From assembly GCA_045537435.1 (NCBI GenBank), contig JAZSPL010000076.1, positions 17,662 through 81,661 of the forward strand: a stretch of DNA of 64,000 bases. The letters are read 5' to 3'. This stretch comes from Acutalibacteraceae bacterium. Its GTDB lineage: Bacteria > Bacillota > Clostridia > Oscillospirales > Acutalibacteraceae. The notes beneath the pieces were generated by a model. It saw only the letters and a program-made list of their open reading frames with translations. It was not told the origin of the DNA and made no database searches. This document shows positions 6,807-18,013 of this stretch, in pieces (positions within the stretch are counted from its first letter, which is position 1; each line of letters starts with the position of its first letter). Both the position numbers and the translations under genes were made by a program.

Positions 6807-8792
6807 ATGAAGCTGAAAACGCTGCTTCGCAATTTTCCTGTGTTTGCGGTGGCAGTAGTGCTTGCATTACTGTTTGTTATCATAACGTTTTTTGCGGCGA
6901 GTAAGTGGCTTGCAATCGTTGAGCTTATAATTCTTGTTGCAGTTGTGGCGCTTACTTTTGCTTACTTCGATGTTTTTAATGCAAGAAAGCAGAAGCTTCT
7001 CAGCCACATTTCTTCAAACCTTGATTTTATCGGCGGAAAGGCTTCAAATAATTTCCCGCTTCCGATTGCCGTGTGCAAGAATGACGGCGAAATTATCTGG
7101 TACAACAACCTTTTTGAAAAATCGGTTGTCGGTTCTAACCCGACGGGCTACAGCGAGCTGACTGCAACATTCAACGAAATGGGAATGGATACTATTCTCA
7201 ATGCATCCGAAACTGGTGTAATAATCGACACGGACGACAAGCATTTTAAGGTTTATTCCCATAATGCAAAAAAAGGAAACGAAGATGTAGTCGTACTTTA
7301 TTTTGTTGATGTAACGAAGTATCTTAAATTAGCTGACGAGTATGTAAAATCCCGTCCGTCAATCCTTATTATGACGATTGACAATATGGCTGAAATTCAG
7401 CAGGATTACAGAGAAAGCGACTGCGCGGCGATAAGAAACGGTGTTGAAAAGCTTATCGAAACATGGGTCAAGGACTATAAATGCTTTATCAGCAAGTTCG
7501 GTGATTCGAAGTTTTTTGTTGTTGCCGAAAAACGTGAGCTTGACGATATGGTTGAACGTCGTTTTGATTTGCTCGATTCAGTAAGAGAATATACTTATGA
7601 CGATAAATTCGTCGGTATAACTCTTTCAATCGGTGTCGGTATGGGTGCAACTCTTCCCGACTGTGAGAAGAATGCAAAGCTTGCGCTTGATATGGCTCTC
7701 GGCAGAGGCGGCGACCAGGCGGTTGTTAAAAACAAGGATGACTATGAATTCTTCGGCGGTATTTCAAAGAGCGTTGAAAATACAACGAAGGTCAAGTCAC
7801 GAACTGTTGCCGCTGCTTTGACAGAACTTATCTGCGGTTGCGACAACCTCTTTATAATGGGACACAGATTCCCTGATTTCGATGCAATCGGTGCGGCAAT
7901 CGGTGTTGCTAAAATTGCGCAGGCTTTTGATAAACCGGCTTATATTGCGACAAACAGAGATAATTCCATGGCAAAGAATCTGCTTGATAAAGCGGACGAA
8001 ATGGCACCGGGTCTTGTTATTTCAATTGACGAAGCAAAGAAGAAAATGTCGCAGAGCAAGAAAAATCTGCTTGTTGTTGTCGATACTCACATAACGAAGT
8101 TTGTCGAAAGCGAAGAGCTTCTTAAAAAGGCAAAGATGGTTGTTGTAATTGACCACCACAGAAAAGCAGTTGATTATATCAAGGATGCGGTGATTTTCTT
8201 CCACGATCCGAGTGCTTCTTCAGCCTGCGAAATGGTCACGGAACTTACGGAATATATTCCGGCAATCACACAGATCGGTTCGTTTACAGCCGATGCGCTT
8301 ATGTCGGGTATTATGCTTGATACAAAGAATTTCATTCTCAGGGCAGGTACGAAAACCTTTGAAGCTGCGGCTTACCTTAAGGGTCAGGGTGCTGAAACAG
8401 TGAGAGTAAAAAAGCTTTTCTCAAACGATATCGAGAATTATCATACCAAGAATAAGATTATCAGCGGTGCAAGGAAATATAAAAACTGTGCAATCGCTAT
8501 TAACGGTGAAAAGACCGAGGAGATCCGTATGGTAAGCTCACAGGCGGCGGATGAGCTCCTTAACATAAGCGGAGTTGATGCTTCGTTTGTGGTGTTTGAA
8601 ATGGACGGTATGGTTTGCATTTCGGCACGCTCTCTCGGCAACGTTAATGTTCAGATTATAATGGAATACTTTGGCGGCGGCGGACATCAGACGATGGCTG
8701 CGGCACAGCTTAAGGATACAGATATTGAAAAAACGGCGGAAAAGCTCCTTGAAAGCATCGACCGCTACAATGAAGAAAACAGTAAGAAATGA
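6807..8792 (+). CDS. gdpP: GdpP-type cyclic-di-AMP phosphodiesterase (2 TM + PAS-like + degenerate GGDEF + DHH/DHHA1)
   Basis: Two N-terminal TM helices, then DHH motifs (HRFPDFDAIG, VVIDHH) and the DHHA1 motif GGGGH. The gdpP-rplI-dnaB order matches the classical Firmicute arrangement (B. subtilis yybT-rplI-dnaC). Confidence 0.88.
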   Translation: MKLKTLLRNFPVFAVAVVLALLFVIITFFAASKWLAIVELIILVAVVALTFAYFDVFNARKQKLLSHISSNLDFIGGKASNNFPLPIAVCKNDGEIIWYNNLFEKSVVGSNPTGYSELTATFNEMGMDTILNASETGVIIDTDDKHFKVYSHNAKKGNEDVVVLYFVDVTKYLKLADEYVKSRPSILIMTIDNMAEIQQDYRESDCAAIRNGVEKLIETWVKDYKCFISKFGDSKFFVVAEKRELDDMVERRFDLLDSVREYTYDDKFVGITLSIGVGMGATLPDCEKNAKLALDMALGRGGDQAVVKNKDDYEFFGGISKSVENTTKVKSRTVAAALTELICGCDNLFIMGHRFPDFDAIGAAIGVAKIAQAFDKPAYIATNRDNSMAKNLLDKADEMAPGLVISIDEAKKKMSQSKKNLLVVVDTHITKFVESEELLKKAKMVVVIDHHRKAVDYIKDAVIFFHDPSASSACEMVTELTEYIPAITQIGSFTADALMSGIMLDTKNFILRAGTKTFEAAAYLKGQGAETVRVKKLFSNDIENYHTKNKIISGARKYKNCAIAINGEKTEEIRMVSSQAADELLNISGVDASFVVFEMDGMVCISARSLGNVNVQIIMEYFGGGGHQTMAAAQLKDTDIEKTAEKLLESIDRYNEENSKK

Positions 8793-8803
8793 GGTAATAT
8801 ACA

Positions 8804-9247
8804 ATGAAGGTTATTTTACAGCAGGATGTAAAGTCACTCGGTAAGAAGGGTGAGCTTGTTAACACATCCGACGGTTATGCAAGAAACTATCTCTTCCCGA
8901 GAAATCTTGCAATTGAGGCAAACTCACAGGCAATGACAGAGCTTAAGAACAGAGAAGATTCAAAGAAGCATAAGATTGCCGTTGAAACAGATGCAGCAAA
9001 AAAGGCTGCAGCTCAGATTGCAGGAAAGACAATCAGAATCAAGGCAAAGGCAGGTCAGGGCGGCCGTCTTTTCGGTTCGGTTACTTCAAAGGAAATCGCA
9101 GAGTGCATCAGAAAAGAGTTCTCAATAGATATCGACAAAAGAAAGATAACATCACCCGATATCAAAGCTTTCGGAAGCTATGCAGTAACAGCTAAGCTTT
9201 ATCAGGGTGTAACAGCTGACTTCACCGTAATGGTAACAGAGGAATAA
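8804..9247 (+). CDS. rplI: 50S ribosomal protein L9
   Basis: [36 protein letters not shown] is the canonical L9 N-terminus. 147 aa. Confidence 0.96.
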   Translation: MKVILQQDVKSLGKKGELVNTSDGYARNYLFPRNLAIEANSQAMTELKNREDSKKHKIAVETDAAKKAAAQIAGKTIRIKAKAGQGGRLFGSVTSKEIAECIRKEFSIDIDKRKITSPDIKAFGSYAVTAKLYQGVTADFTVMVTEE

Positions 9248-9261
9248 GAGAGGTAAGACTT

Positions 9262-10638
9262 ATGGAAAGTCTTAATAATTACAACGTAACAGATTCGGTT
9301 TTCAGCATTGAGGCGGAGCAGGCTGTGCTTGGTTCTCTGCTTGTTGACCCGGCCTGTATGCCACAGGTGCAGGTGCTTCTGAGTGCAGAGGATTTCTACC
9401 TTCCGCAGCATAAGGCAATCTTTACGGCAATGGCTACGATTGAGGCAACGGGCGGAAAAATTGACCCGCTTATCGTGCTTGATATGCTCGTAAAGGACAA
9501 GGTGTATGATACTGCCGCAGGTAAGAATTATCTTTTCCAGCTTGCACAGGTTGTACCCTCAACCGCAAACGTTGAATCTTACGCTAAAATTGTAAAAGAG
9601 AAGTTTTACATACGTTCGCTTATCAATGCATCAAAGGAAACCATTGATGCAGCTGCTTCACAGGAGCAGACAGCGGACGAGCTTCTTGAATCTGCAGAGC
9701 AGAAAATATACAACATAAGACAGGGCAGAAAGACAAACGCTCCGTCAAAGATCGGCGATATCATAATAAGCGATGTTTATACAACGCTTCAGCATCTCAC
9801 TTCACCCGACAAGGATCTCTACAAAGGCTATCCGACGGGTTATTCCGATCTTGATAACGTGCTTACGGGTCTTCATAAATCCGACCTTATCCTGATCGGT
9901 GCCCGTCCTGCTATGGGTAAAACGAGCTTTGCTTTAAACCTTGCAAGAAACGTTTCGGTAATCGGAAAAAGAAGAGTGCTTATGTTCTCTCTTGAAATGA
10001 CAAAGGAACAGCTTGCAATGCGTGTTCTTGCAACTGAGGCTCGTGTCAATTCCGCAAAAATGAGAACGGGCGAGCTTGATGCTGAGGATTGGCAGAGGCT
10101 CGGAATGGCGACAAATGCGCTAAGCAACGTAGAGCTTTATTTTGACGATACAAGCTCAATCACGGTGCCTGAAATGAAAGCACGAATCCGCCGTCTTAAG
10201 GGTGTTGAATGTGTAATTATCGACTACCTCGGACTCATCCGTCCTGCAGGAAGAACGGAAAACCGTGTTCAGGCAGTCAGCGAAATAACAAGAGAGTTAA
10301 AGCTTATGGCGAAGGACCTTGCAATCCCCGTAATCTGCTGTGCACAGCTTTCGCGTGGTACTGAGGGCAGAGGCGGTTCGCACCGTCCGCAGCTTGCAGA
10401 CCTTCGTGAATCAGGTTCAATCGAGCAGGACGCAGATATCGTTATGATGCTTTACAGGCCTGATTATTATGCGAGTGAAAAAGAGGATGACGATCAGGAG
10501 CAGGATCAGAATCTTGCGAATAAGGTTGAAGTAATCGTTGCAAAGAACCGTCACGGAAGAACGGATACGGTTGAAATGATCTGGGACGGCGATTACACCT
10601 TGTTTATGGCTATGGAGAAGCTCAGAAATGATATGTAA
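9262..10638 (+). CDS. dnaB: Replicative DNA helicase
   Basis: EAEQAVLGSLL N-terminal domain, Walker A GARPAMGKTSFAL, and the SLEM and RESGSIEQDAD motifs. 458 aa. Confidence 0.96.
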   Translation: MESLNNYNVTDSVFSIEAEQAVLGSLLVDPACMPQVQVLLSAEDFYLPQHKAIFTAMATIEATGGKIDPLIVLDMLVKDKVYDTAAGKNYLFQLAQVVPSTANVESYAKIVKEKFYIRSLINASKETIDAAASQEQTADELLESAEQKIYNIRQGRKTNAPSKIGDIIISDVYTTLQHLTSPDKDLYKGYPTGYSDLDNVLTGLHKSDLILIGARPAMGKTSFALNLARNVSVIGKRRVLMFSLEMTKEQLAMRVLATEARVNSAKMRTGELDAEDWQRLGMATNALSNVELYFDDTSSITVPEMKARIRRLKGVECVIIDYLGLIRPAGRTENRVQAVSEITRELKLMAKDLAIPVICCAQLSRGTEGRGGSHRPQLADLRESGSIEQDADIVMMLYRPDYYASEKEDDDQEQDQNLANKVEVIVAKNRHGRTDTVEMIWDGDYTLFMAMEKLRNDM

Positions 10639-11947
10639 AGTCAGGGAAACCATTACCCGTTACGATATGCCCGTTAAAGGAAAAAGGGTGGTTGTCGCTC
10701 TTTCGGGCGGTGCCGACTCAATGGCGCTTCTTTATGCACTTTGCTCACTCAGTCATGAGTACGGTATGGCTGTTGAAGCCTGCCACGTTAACCACGGCAT
10801 AAGAGGCGAGGATGCAGTAAGGGACGAGAATTTCGTTAAAGCAGAGTGTGAAAAACTTGGTGTAATTCTGCATATTTTTCACTTCGATGTGCCTGCTCTT
10901 GCAAAGGAGAGGGGACTCGGACTTGAGGAATGCGGCCGTCAGGTAAGATATGAAGCGTTTGAATCTCTCGGTGATTGCCTTATCGCAACGGCGCATACGC
11001 TCAGCGACAGATGCGAAACCCTGCTTCTTAATGAGACTCGCGGTGCATCGCTTAAAGGAATCTGCTCAATCCCTGCCGTAAGAGGCAATATAATAAGACC
11101 GCTTATCGATTGCACACGCGACGAAATCGAAGAATACTGCAGACTTAATTCTATACCGTTTGTGACAGACGATACGAATTTTGACGATGTGTATTCACGC
11201 AACAGAATTCGTCTTAATGTTATTCCGGAGCTTAAGAAAATCAATCCTTCTTTTGAAAAAGCAGTTTCAAGGCTTATTGAATCAGCCAACGAGGACGAAG
11301 ATTTCTTCCGTGAAGTGACAGAAAAAGTATTTGAAAGTGCAAAGACGGAGAATGGTTATAATGCTGATATAATCAATGCTCAGCATCCGTCGGTACGCAA
11401 AAGGGTGCTTTATGAAATAATCAACCGTGAAGCGGATGTGAAACCTGAACTTGTTCACCTGAAAATGGTCGAAAACATACTTGAAGGCGGAACGGTACAG
11501 ATTATCGGTGATACTGTGATAAATGTCCGAAATTCAGTTCTGGTTATAAATCCGCAAACTCAGGAAATCGAAGATTGGGAATATGATTTTTCAGATTTTG
11601 AAGTTTCAGTCGGGAAAAGGAAAATAAAAGCAACAGTTTTTAATAAAAACGATTTACCGCCGAAACAGTTTGTTCACAAAAACGTGTTAGACTATGATGC
11701 GGTCGTGGGGAAATGTGTTCTGCGAAACAGACGCTCAGGGGACAGAATACGCCTTGCGGGAAGCTCTTGCACAAAAACACTTAAAAAGCTTTTTAGCGAA
11801 AAACATTTTGAAAGCAGAAATTCTCTTATGATTCTTGCTGATGAAAAGGGTATTCTGTGGGTTGAAAAGTCGGGCTGTGCAGACAGAGCGAAAATTACAG
11901 AAAAGACAGAAAAAATACTTTTAATTGAAGATGTGGCAGAAGTCTGA
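10628..11947 (+). CDS. tilS: tRNA(Ile)-lysidine synthetase
   Basis: PP-loop VALSGGADS, and HVNHGIRG follows. 439 aa. The start overlaps the dnaB stop by 11 nt, with GGAGAAG upstream. Confidence 0.9.
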   Translation: MICKVRETITRYDMPVKGKRVVVALSGGADSMALLYALCSLSHEYGMAVEACHVNHGIRGEDAVRDENFVKAECEKLGVILHIFHFDVPALAKERGLGLEECGRQVRYEAFESLGDCLIATAHTLSDRCETLLLNETRGASLKGICSIPAVRGNIIRPLIDCTRDEIEEYCRLNSIPFVTDDTNFDDVYSRNRIRLNVIPELKKINPSFEKAVSRLIESANEDEDFFREVTEKVFESAKTENGYNADIINAQHPSVRKRVLYEIINREADVKPELVHLKMVENILEGGTVQIIGDTVINVRNSVLVINPQTQEIEDWEYDFSDFEVSVGKRKIKATVFNKNDLPPKQFVHKNVLDYDAVVGKCVLRNRRSGDRIRLAGSSCTKTLKKLFSEKHFESRNSLMILADEKGILWVEKSGCADRAKITEKTEKILLIEDVAEV

Positions 11948-11961
11948 TTCTGCTGACAGGA

Positions 11962-13950
11962 GTGAATCATTTGAACAAAAATCCAAACAACAACAAAAAC
12001 GGAAGGCCGAATAAAAAACGTATTTTTGCTTTCCTGCCGTACATCCTTATTCCGCTTATAATGTTCGGTGCAATCAGCCTTGCAAGCGGCACTATGGATA
12101 CAGGCAAGGACAAGGTAGAGTATTACGAGATAATTCAGTACTTTGACGAGGGTAAGGTGGATAAGTTCTCGCTTAACCTCAGCAGCGGTACTCTTAAATA
12201 CACGCTCGTCGGCGAAGATCAGAAACAGATGGAATACCGTGTTCCGAATGTCAATATCTTTGTCAACGACATAAACGAGATTGTCCGTGAGCATAACAAA
12301 GAAGCTGCAAAAGAAGATATTATCGAATATGAGTTCATTTCAGGCTCAGCAGGTTCATGGCTTGTAAATCTTCTTCCGTCACTTCTCACAATGGGACTTC
12401 TTGTCGGTCTGTTCTTCTTTATGATGCGAAAGATGAATTCCGCAAGCGGAGATATGAACAGAACTCTCAACTTCGGAAAGATTAATGCCAAAAAGCAGAA
12501 GGACGAGAAAGACAAGACAACATTTGACCAGGTTGCAGGTGCGGATGAAGAAAAAGAAGAACTCAGCGAAATGGTTGATTTCCTCAAGAGTCCTGCCAAA
12601 TTCAATTCGCTCGGCGCAAGAATTCCCAAGGGTGTGCTTCTTGTAGGCCCTCCGGGTACAGGTAAAACCCTTCTTGCAAGGGCTGTCGCAGGCGAGGCTG
12701 ATGTTCCGTTCTTCTCAATTTCGGGTTCAGACTTCGTTGAAATGTATGTCGGTGTCGGTGCTTCAAGAGTACGTGACCTCTTCAATCAGGCGAAGAGAGA
12801 ATCTCCTTCGGTAATCTTTATTGATGAAATCGATGCTGTCGGACGTCAGCGCGGCGCAGGTATGGGTGGCGGACACGACGAAAGAGAACAGACGCTCAAC
12901 CAGCTCCTTGTTGAGATGGACGGCTTCGGCAAAAATGAAGGCGTTATTATAATCGCGGCAACAAACCGCCCGGATATCCTTGACCCTGCACTCCTTCGTC
13001 CGGGACGCTTTGACCGTCAGGTTACCGTCGGATATCCCGATGCAAACGGCAGAGAAGCTATCCTTAAAGTACACGCAAAGGGTAAGCCTTTTGCTCCCGA
13101 TGTTGACCTTAAGGTTATTGCAAATTCAACAGCAGGTTTCGTTGGTGCAGACCTTGAAAACCTTCTTAACGAGGCAGCTTTACTTGCTGCAAGAAGAAAT
13201 AAAAAAGCAATCACAATGGCTGAAATCGAAGAAGCAACACGTAAGGTTGTTATCGGTACGGAAAAGAAATCTCACAAGATGAGTGAGAAGGAAAAGAGAA
13301 TGACAGCTTTCCACGAAGCAGGTCACGCTGTTGCAAGCTATTATCTTGAATCTCAGGATCCTGTTCACGAAGTTTCAATCATTCCTCGCGGTATGGCAGG
13401 TGGCTACACGCTTTACATTCCGACAGAGGATAAGACCTATAAGTATAAGAGTGAAATGCTTGAAGAGCTTGTTTCTCTTCTCGGCGGTCGTGTTGCAGAA
13501 CAGATTGTCCGCGGTGATGTTTCAACAGGCGCTTCAAATGATATTGAAAGAGCAACCGAAATTGCCAAGAAGATGATTACAAAATACGGTATGAGCGACA
13601 GCCTCGGCCCCGTATGCTATGCAGGCCATAATGATCAGGTTTTCCTTGGCAGAGATTACGGTCATTCAAAGAACTATTCGGAAGCAACTGCAATGGCTAT
13701 CGATGAGGAAATCAAGAGGATTATTTCAGATGCATATAAGAGAACGGAAGAAATTCTCACTCAGCACAGGGATAAGCTTGACAGCCTTGCTGAATATCTT
13801 GTCAAGAACGAAAAAATCGACGGTGAAAAGTTCAGAAAGCTTATGGAAGGTACACTTGAAACAGACGATGAACCCCATACAGTTATGGAAGCTGTTGACG
13901 AAGTTAAAACAGATGCTCCTGCAGAGGATTCAGCAGAAACAGAAGAATAA
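11962..13950 (+). CDS. ftsH: ATP-dependent zinc metalloprotease FtsH
   Basis: Two TM helices, AAA+ Walker [14 protein letters not shown], Walker [10 protein letters not shown], and the zinc motif HEAGHA. The start is GTG. Confidence 0.96.
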   Translation: MNHLNKNPNNNKNGRPNKKRIFAFLPYILIPLIMFGAISLASGTMDTGKDKVEYYEIIQYFDEGKVDKFSLNLSSGTLKYTLVGEDQKQMEYRVPNVNIFVNDINEIVREHNKEAAKEDIIEYEFISGSAGSWLVNLLPSLLTMGLLVGLFFFMMRKMNSASGDMNRTLNFGKINAKKQKDEKDKTTFDQVAGADEEKEELSEMVDFLKSPAKFNSLGARIPKGVLLVGPPGTGKTLLARAVAGEADVPFFSISGSDFVEMYVGVGASRVRDLFNQAKRESPSVIFIDEIDAVGRQRGAGMGGGHDEREQTLNQLLVEMDGFGKNEGVIIIAATNRPDILDPALLRPGRFDRQVTVGYPDANGREAILKVHAKGKPFAPDVDLKVIANSTAGFVGADLENLLNEAALLAARRNKKAITMAEIEEATRKVVIGTEKKSHKMSEKEKRMTAFHEAGHAVASYYLESQDPVHEVSIIPRGMAGGYTLYIPTEDKTYKYKSEMLEELVSLLGGRVAEQIVRGDVSTGASNDIERATEIAKKMITKYGMSDSLGPVCYAGHNDQVFLGRDYGHSKNYSEATAMAIDEEIKRIISDAYKRTEEILTQHRDKLDSLAEYLVKNEKIDGEKFRKLMEGTLETDDEPHTVMEAVDEVKTDAPAEDSAETEE

Positions 13951-13953
13951 AAT

Positions 13954-13988
13954 AAAAATCCGGGTTGATTGAATCAACTCGGATTTTT
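13954..13988. terminator. Bidirectional Rho-independent terminator between ftsH and the convergent LCP gene
   Basis: AAAAATCCGGGTTGATT-G-AATCAACTCGGATTTTT. The A-tract and T-tract flank a stem of about 12 bp with one G.U pair. Confidence 0.8.
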
Positions 13989-14000
13989 CATATAAAGCTT

Positions 14001-15107
14001 TTATTTTTTTGCCGATTGGGGAACAATACCGGGGTAAAGAAGATCGTGTGTGCGTCTGTTGGTTTCTTCCCAGTCAAGGATAAGAACTTCCATTCCGCCG
14101 CGCAAGGCAAGCGGTAAGGCGTTAAAGGGAATAACGTTCTCCTGCACACTCATCTTCAGGTATTGAGGAACATTTGTCATCTGCTCAATGAGCTCTGCTT
14201 TTGTGAAGTTGGTTGTGACAAGCGGAAGAAAAACATCAAGAAGGTCAAAAAGCTGAGAGATTGAGGCTTGTCTTAATTTTACAGCCATCGCATTAAGGAT
14301 TGCTCTCTGTCTGCCTGTTCTCTTACGGTCAGAGTCGATTGAACGAAGTCTTGCATAAGACATTGCTCTTTCACCGTTGAGTTCATATGTTCCTGCCTTA
14401 GCTTTGCCGACGACGATTGAAGCTTCTTGTGCTGTCAGATTGACCGACACACCGCCGAGAGCATCAACGATACTCTGGAAACCGTCAAAGTTTACGGTAA
14501 CGTATTTGTCAATGCGGATTTTGTAATTCTTTTCGATCGTTTCAACAAGAAGACTTGCACCGCCGTAAGCGTGAGCAGCGTTGAGTCGTTTGTTTCCGTG
14601 TCCCGGAATTGCAACATAAGCTGCACGGGAAAGCGAAACCATATTGATTACATTGTTGATTGTATTGATTGAAAGAAGAATCATCGAGTCTGAACGCGTG
14701 AGGTAATTGTCAAACTTACCGTCCTTGCGGTCACCGTAGTCAGCACCGACAAGAAGAATGTTATAAATTCTGTCGTCATACCAAAGAACATTATCATCAA
14801 GGTTTGCACGGATATCGGCATCAGCATCAGCCTGGTTTTCAAATTCAATAGACTCTTCAGCATCAATGGCAGGGTCAACCTCGCCTGTAGCGTCGCCGAA
14901 GTTCATTTTGTTCAGATAGCTGTTGAAAATAACAGCGCCTGTGCCGAAAACAATCGCGAAGACAAGGAAAAGCGATATAAAGGCGATAAGAATGCGTTTT
15001 CTTCTTTTTTTCTTCTTTTTCGCTTTTTTATCGTTAAGGATATCTTTTGCGGTAAGTTTATATTTTTCGCTGTCAGGGTCAATTACCTGATATTTATTCT
15101 CATCCAT
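14001..15107 (-). CDS. LytR-CpsA-Psr (LCP) family cell-wall glycopolymer transferase
   Basis: Basic cytoplasmic N-terminus (KKAKKKKKRRKR), one TM helix, and an LCP core (NILLVGAD...RSDSMILLSI). RBS TAAGGAGG. Confidence 0.88.
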   Translation of the reverse strand: MDENKYQVIDPDSEKYKLTAKDILNDKKAKKKKKRRKRILIAFISLFLVFAIVFGTGAVIFNSYLNKMNFGDATGEVDPAIDAEESIEFENQADADADIRANLDDNVLWYDDRIYNILLVGADYGDRKDGKFDNYLTRSDSMILLSINTINNVINMVSLSRAAYVAIPGHGNKRLNAAHAYGGASLLVETIEKNYKIRIDKYVTVNFDGFQSIVDALGGVSVNLTAQEASIVVGKAKAGTYELNGERAMSYARLRSIDSDRKRTGRQRAILNAMAVKLRQASISQLFDLLDVFLPLVTTNFTKAELIEQMTNVPQYLKMSVQENVIPFNALPLALRGGMEVLILDWEETNRRTHDLLYPGIVPQSAKK

Positions 15108-15160
15108 ACGGATACCTCCTTAGAACCATTATAACTTATTCAAAAAAGAAAATCAACATA

Positions 15161-15189
15161 TTGCACATTTTATTGTTTAATTGTATAAT
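15161..15189 (+). promoter_or_regulatory. Sigma-70-type promoter of the M42...phosphohexomutase operon
   Basis: TTGCAC (15161-15166), 17-nt spacer, TATAAT (15184-15189). It lies 35 nt upstream of the ATG at 15225. Confidence 0.6.
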
Positions 15190-15224
15190 AATCCATATAT
15201 GCTTATCAGAAGGGAATCAGGCTT

Positions 15225-16247
15225 ATGTCAGAACTCAGAAAAATGATAATTGAACTCTCACAGGCAAACGGCACACCCGGTATGGAGTGGGATATATCCG
15301 ATAAAATTAAAGAATGGATTCCGTATTCAATGACGGCTGAAAATGATAAAACAGGAAACGTTGTTGCAACTCTTGAGGGTACGGGCAAAACTTTCCTTCT
15401 TGATGCCCATATGGACAGAATCGGCCTTATAGTTACGGCAATAGAGGAGGGCGGATTCCTTCGTGTTGCAAAATGCGGCGGTATGGACGCACGTGTCCTT
15501 GCAGCTCAGGATGTAACAGTATGGGGTAAAGAACCTGTTTACGGCGTTATTACATCAACACCTCCGCACCTCGTTACGGCAGATGATGCGGGCAAGGCAA
15601 AGGATTTTGACGATATGCTCGTTGATACGGGACTTAGCAAAGAAGAGGCAGAAAAGCTTATTTCTCAGGGTGACAGAATTACTGTCAGGACTCCTGTTTC
15701 AGAGCTTCTTAACGAAAGAATATCCTGCGCTGCACTTGATGACAGAGCAGGCTGTGCCGTAATAATCAGAGCAGCAGAAATTGTTGCAGAGTCTGAAAAT
15801 CACCCGACAGTTAAGCTTCTTTTCTCCGGTCAGGAAGAAACGGGCGGTACAGGTGCCGTCAACGGCAGTTTCCTTATTGAAGCTGATGAATGCATAAGCG
15901 TTGATGTCAGCTTTGCGGATGCTCCTGATATGCCTTCTAAAAAATGCGGAAAACTCGATAAAGGCCCGATGATAGGCTTTTCGCCTGTGCTTTGTTATGA
16001 TATGAGCAGAAAGCTTGAAGTAATAGCCAAGGAAAAAGAAATTCCGTATCAGCTCGAGCTTATGAGTGATGCAACAGGTACGAATGCAGACCATATCGCA
16101 CTTTCAAAAGGCGGAATAAAAACAGGTCTTGTTTCAATTCCTTTGAGGAATATGCACACGGGCGTTGAAGTTATAAGCGTAAACGACGTTGAAAACTGCG
16201 CAAGACTTATTGCAGAATACATTTTAAGGGGTGGACTCAATGCTTGA
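15225..16247 (+). CDS. M42 family metallo-aminopeptidase (FrvX/CelM-like), paralogue 1
   Basis: LDAHMDRIGL and ALDDRAGCAV metal-ligand motifs. 340 aa. Confidence 0.88.
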   Translation: MSELRKMIIELSQANGTPGMEWDISDKIKEWIPYSMTAENDKTGNVVATLEGTGKTFLLDAHMDRIGLIVTAIEEGGFLRVAKCGGMDARVLAAQDVTVWGKEPVYGVITSTPPHLVTADDAGKAKDFDDMLVDTGLSKEEAEKLISQGDRITVRTPVSELLNERISCAALDDRAGCAVIIRAAEIVAESENHPTVKLLFSGQEETGGTGAVNGSFLIEADECISVDVSFADAPDMPSKKCGKLDKGPMIGFSPVLCYDMSRKLEVIAKEKEIPYQLELMSDATGTNADHIALSKGGIKTGLVSIPLRNMHTGVEVISVNDVENCARLIAEYILRGGLNA

Positions 16248-17256
16248 AACAATTAAAAAACTTTCCTTGCTTGACGGTGTTTCAGGCAGGGAGAATGCCG
16301 TAAGAGATTATATAATCAATGAAGTTTCTGCTTATGCAGACAGCATTGAAACCGATCCTCTCGGAAACCTCATAGTTTTCAAAAAAGGAAAGAATGCACC
16401 AAAAAATAAGGTTATGCTCGACGCTCATATGGATGAGGTCGGGTTGATGATAACTTATATAAATTCTGACGGTACACTTGAATTTGACCGTGTCGGCGGT
16501 ATTGATAAAAGAGTAATGCTGGGCAAACCCGTAACCGTAGGCGAAAATAAAATTAAAGGTGTTATCGGTGTCAAAGCAACACACATGGTGCCCGCTGCGG
16601 AAAAGCTTAATATGCCTTCAACGATGTATATCGATATCGGAGCCGACTCAAAAGAAGAGGCTGAAAAGGTTGTTTCTCTTGGCGATTACGTTTGCTTCAA
16701 TTCCGAGTTTGTTGAATTCGGTGACGGTTTAATCAAGGGCAGAGCACTTGACGACAGGGCAGGCTGTGCAATTCTTATTGATATGATAAAGTCCGAACTT
16801 CCGTACGATATGTATTTCAATTTCGCGGCAGGGGAGGAAGTCGGCTTCGGTATCGCTCAGACAGCGTTTTATAGGGTTCAACCTGATTATGCAATCGTAG
16901 TTGAAACAACAACTGCGGCTGACCTTGCCGATGTGCCCGAAAATAAAAAAGTATGTTCGCTCGGCAATGGCGGAGTTATATCGTTTATGGACAGACGTAC
17001 TATTTATCCCAAAGAGCTTTTTGATAAGGCGTTCGGGCTTGCTGAAAAGCACGGCATAAAAGCGCAGGTGAAGTCACTGGTTGCAGGCGGTAACAATGCG
17101 GGCGTAATTCATAAAACTGCAGGCGGAATCAAGACAATTACGGTTTCTCTTCCGTGCCGTTATCTTCATTCACCATCCTGCGTGCTTAAGAAAGAAGATA
17201 TAGAAGAAAGTGCAAAACTCATAAGAGTGCTTGCTGAGGAATTTGCAAATGGTTAA
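16231..17256 (+). CDS. M42 family metallo-aminopeptidase, paralogue 2
   Basis: LDAHMDEVGL, ALDDRAGCAI and AGEEVG motifs. It overlaps the previous gene by 17 nt. Confidence 0.88.
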   Translation: MDSMLETIKKLSLLDGVSGRENAVRDYIINEVSAYADSIETDPLGNLIVFKKGKNAPKNKVMLDAHMDEVGLMITYINSDGTLEFDRVGGIDKRVMLGKPVTVGENKIKGVIGVKATHMVPAAEKLNMPSTMYIDIGADSKEEAEKVVSLGDYVCFNSEFVEFGDGLIKGRALDDRAGCAILIDMIKSELPYDMYFNFAAGEEVGFGIAQTAFYRVQPDYAIVVETTTAADLADVPENKKVCSLGNGGVISFMDRRTIYPKELFDKAFGLAEKHGIKAQVKSLVAGGNNAGVIHKTAGGIKTITVSLPCRYLHSPSCVLKKEDIEESAKLIRVLAEEFANG

Positions 17257-18013
17257 AATCGTTGAAAAAGGCGACAAAGAATTTCTTTCGTTCTGCGATC
17301 GTGATGTTTTCGGAACAAGAATAAAGGCATATTTCAATTGCTATTCAACGGACTATGATTTCGTTAAATTCTGGGTGCAGACAAACGATGACGGTAATGT
17401 CACGGCAGCAATAAGCAGAGTTGACGGAGATATGACCGTCACTGCAGAAAATGCAGATTTTGAAGAGCTTCTTCAGTTTATAAAAATAGTGGGCTTCAGC
17501 ACAATTCAATGTAACCGTAAAGTTGCAAAGACATTTACTGCAGAAGAAACTCTTTGGGGATATGTTGTCAGGTTTGAAAACAAAACGGAAAACCGTGAAA
17601 TTAACATCAAAAAAGACTACGAACTCAAAGAAATTTACAATATTATCAAAGCCGCACATCTGACGGGTGTGGGCGATTATCTCCCGTGGCTTTCGGATAC
17701 GACTTTCCGTATAAACCGCAAAACGGCAGAACCTTTGCTCGCTGAAGTTGACGGTAACTCGGCAGGCTGTGCAATGGTGCTTTTTCGTACGGATAAGGCT
17801 GCTTTGCTCGGTGCGGTTGCAACCTCACCCGAATACAGAGGCAGGGGAATCGCAGGTGCATTGGTAACCTGCCTTGCAAACAAAGAACTTGCACAGGGCA
17901 GACGAACGGAGCTTCTTTGCAAAAATGACAGTATAGTTGAATTTTATAAATCAATAGGATTTACAGTGAAAGACGAATGGAGTTTAATTACAGATGAAAC
18001 AAAACTTTTTTAA
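17249..18013 (+). CDS. GNAT family N-acetyltransferase with an extra N-terminal domain
   Basis: The C-terminal acetyl-CoA motif is ATSPEYRGRGIAGALV (R-x-x-G-x-G/A). I chose the ATG at 17249 (GAGGAA 7 nt upstream) over the track TTG at 17231. Confidence 0.75.
   Translation: MVKIVEKGDKEFLSFCDRDVFGTRIKAYFNCYSTDYDFVKFWVQTNDDGNVTAAISRVDGDMTVTAENADFEELLQFIKIVGFSTIQCNRKVAKTFTAEETLWGYVVRFENKTENREINIKKDYELKEIYNIIKAAHLTGVGDYLPWLSDTTFRINRKTAEPLLAEVDGNSAGCAMVLFRTDKAALLGAVATSPEYRGRGIAGALVTCLANKELAQGRRTELLCKNDSIVEFYKSIGFTVKDEWSLITDETKLF

Noticed and set aside
11692-12294. 200-aa minus-strand ORF spanning the tilS-ftsH junction
   Set aside because: It is antisense to two well-supported conserved genes, with no RBS and a low-complexity translation. 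It is an artefact of codon-biased antisense frames.
12219-12785. 188-aa minus-strand ORF inside ftsH. Similar long antisense or out-of-frame ORFs occur inside rpoB, rpoC, murE, murF, mraY, the esterase gene (55663-56262) and elsewhere.
   Set aside because: All overlap strongly conserved genes on the opposite strand or in another frame, and none has a recognisable motif or RBS.
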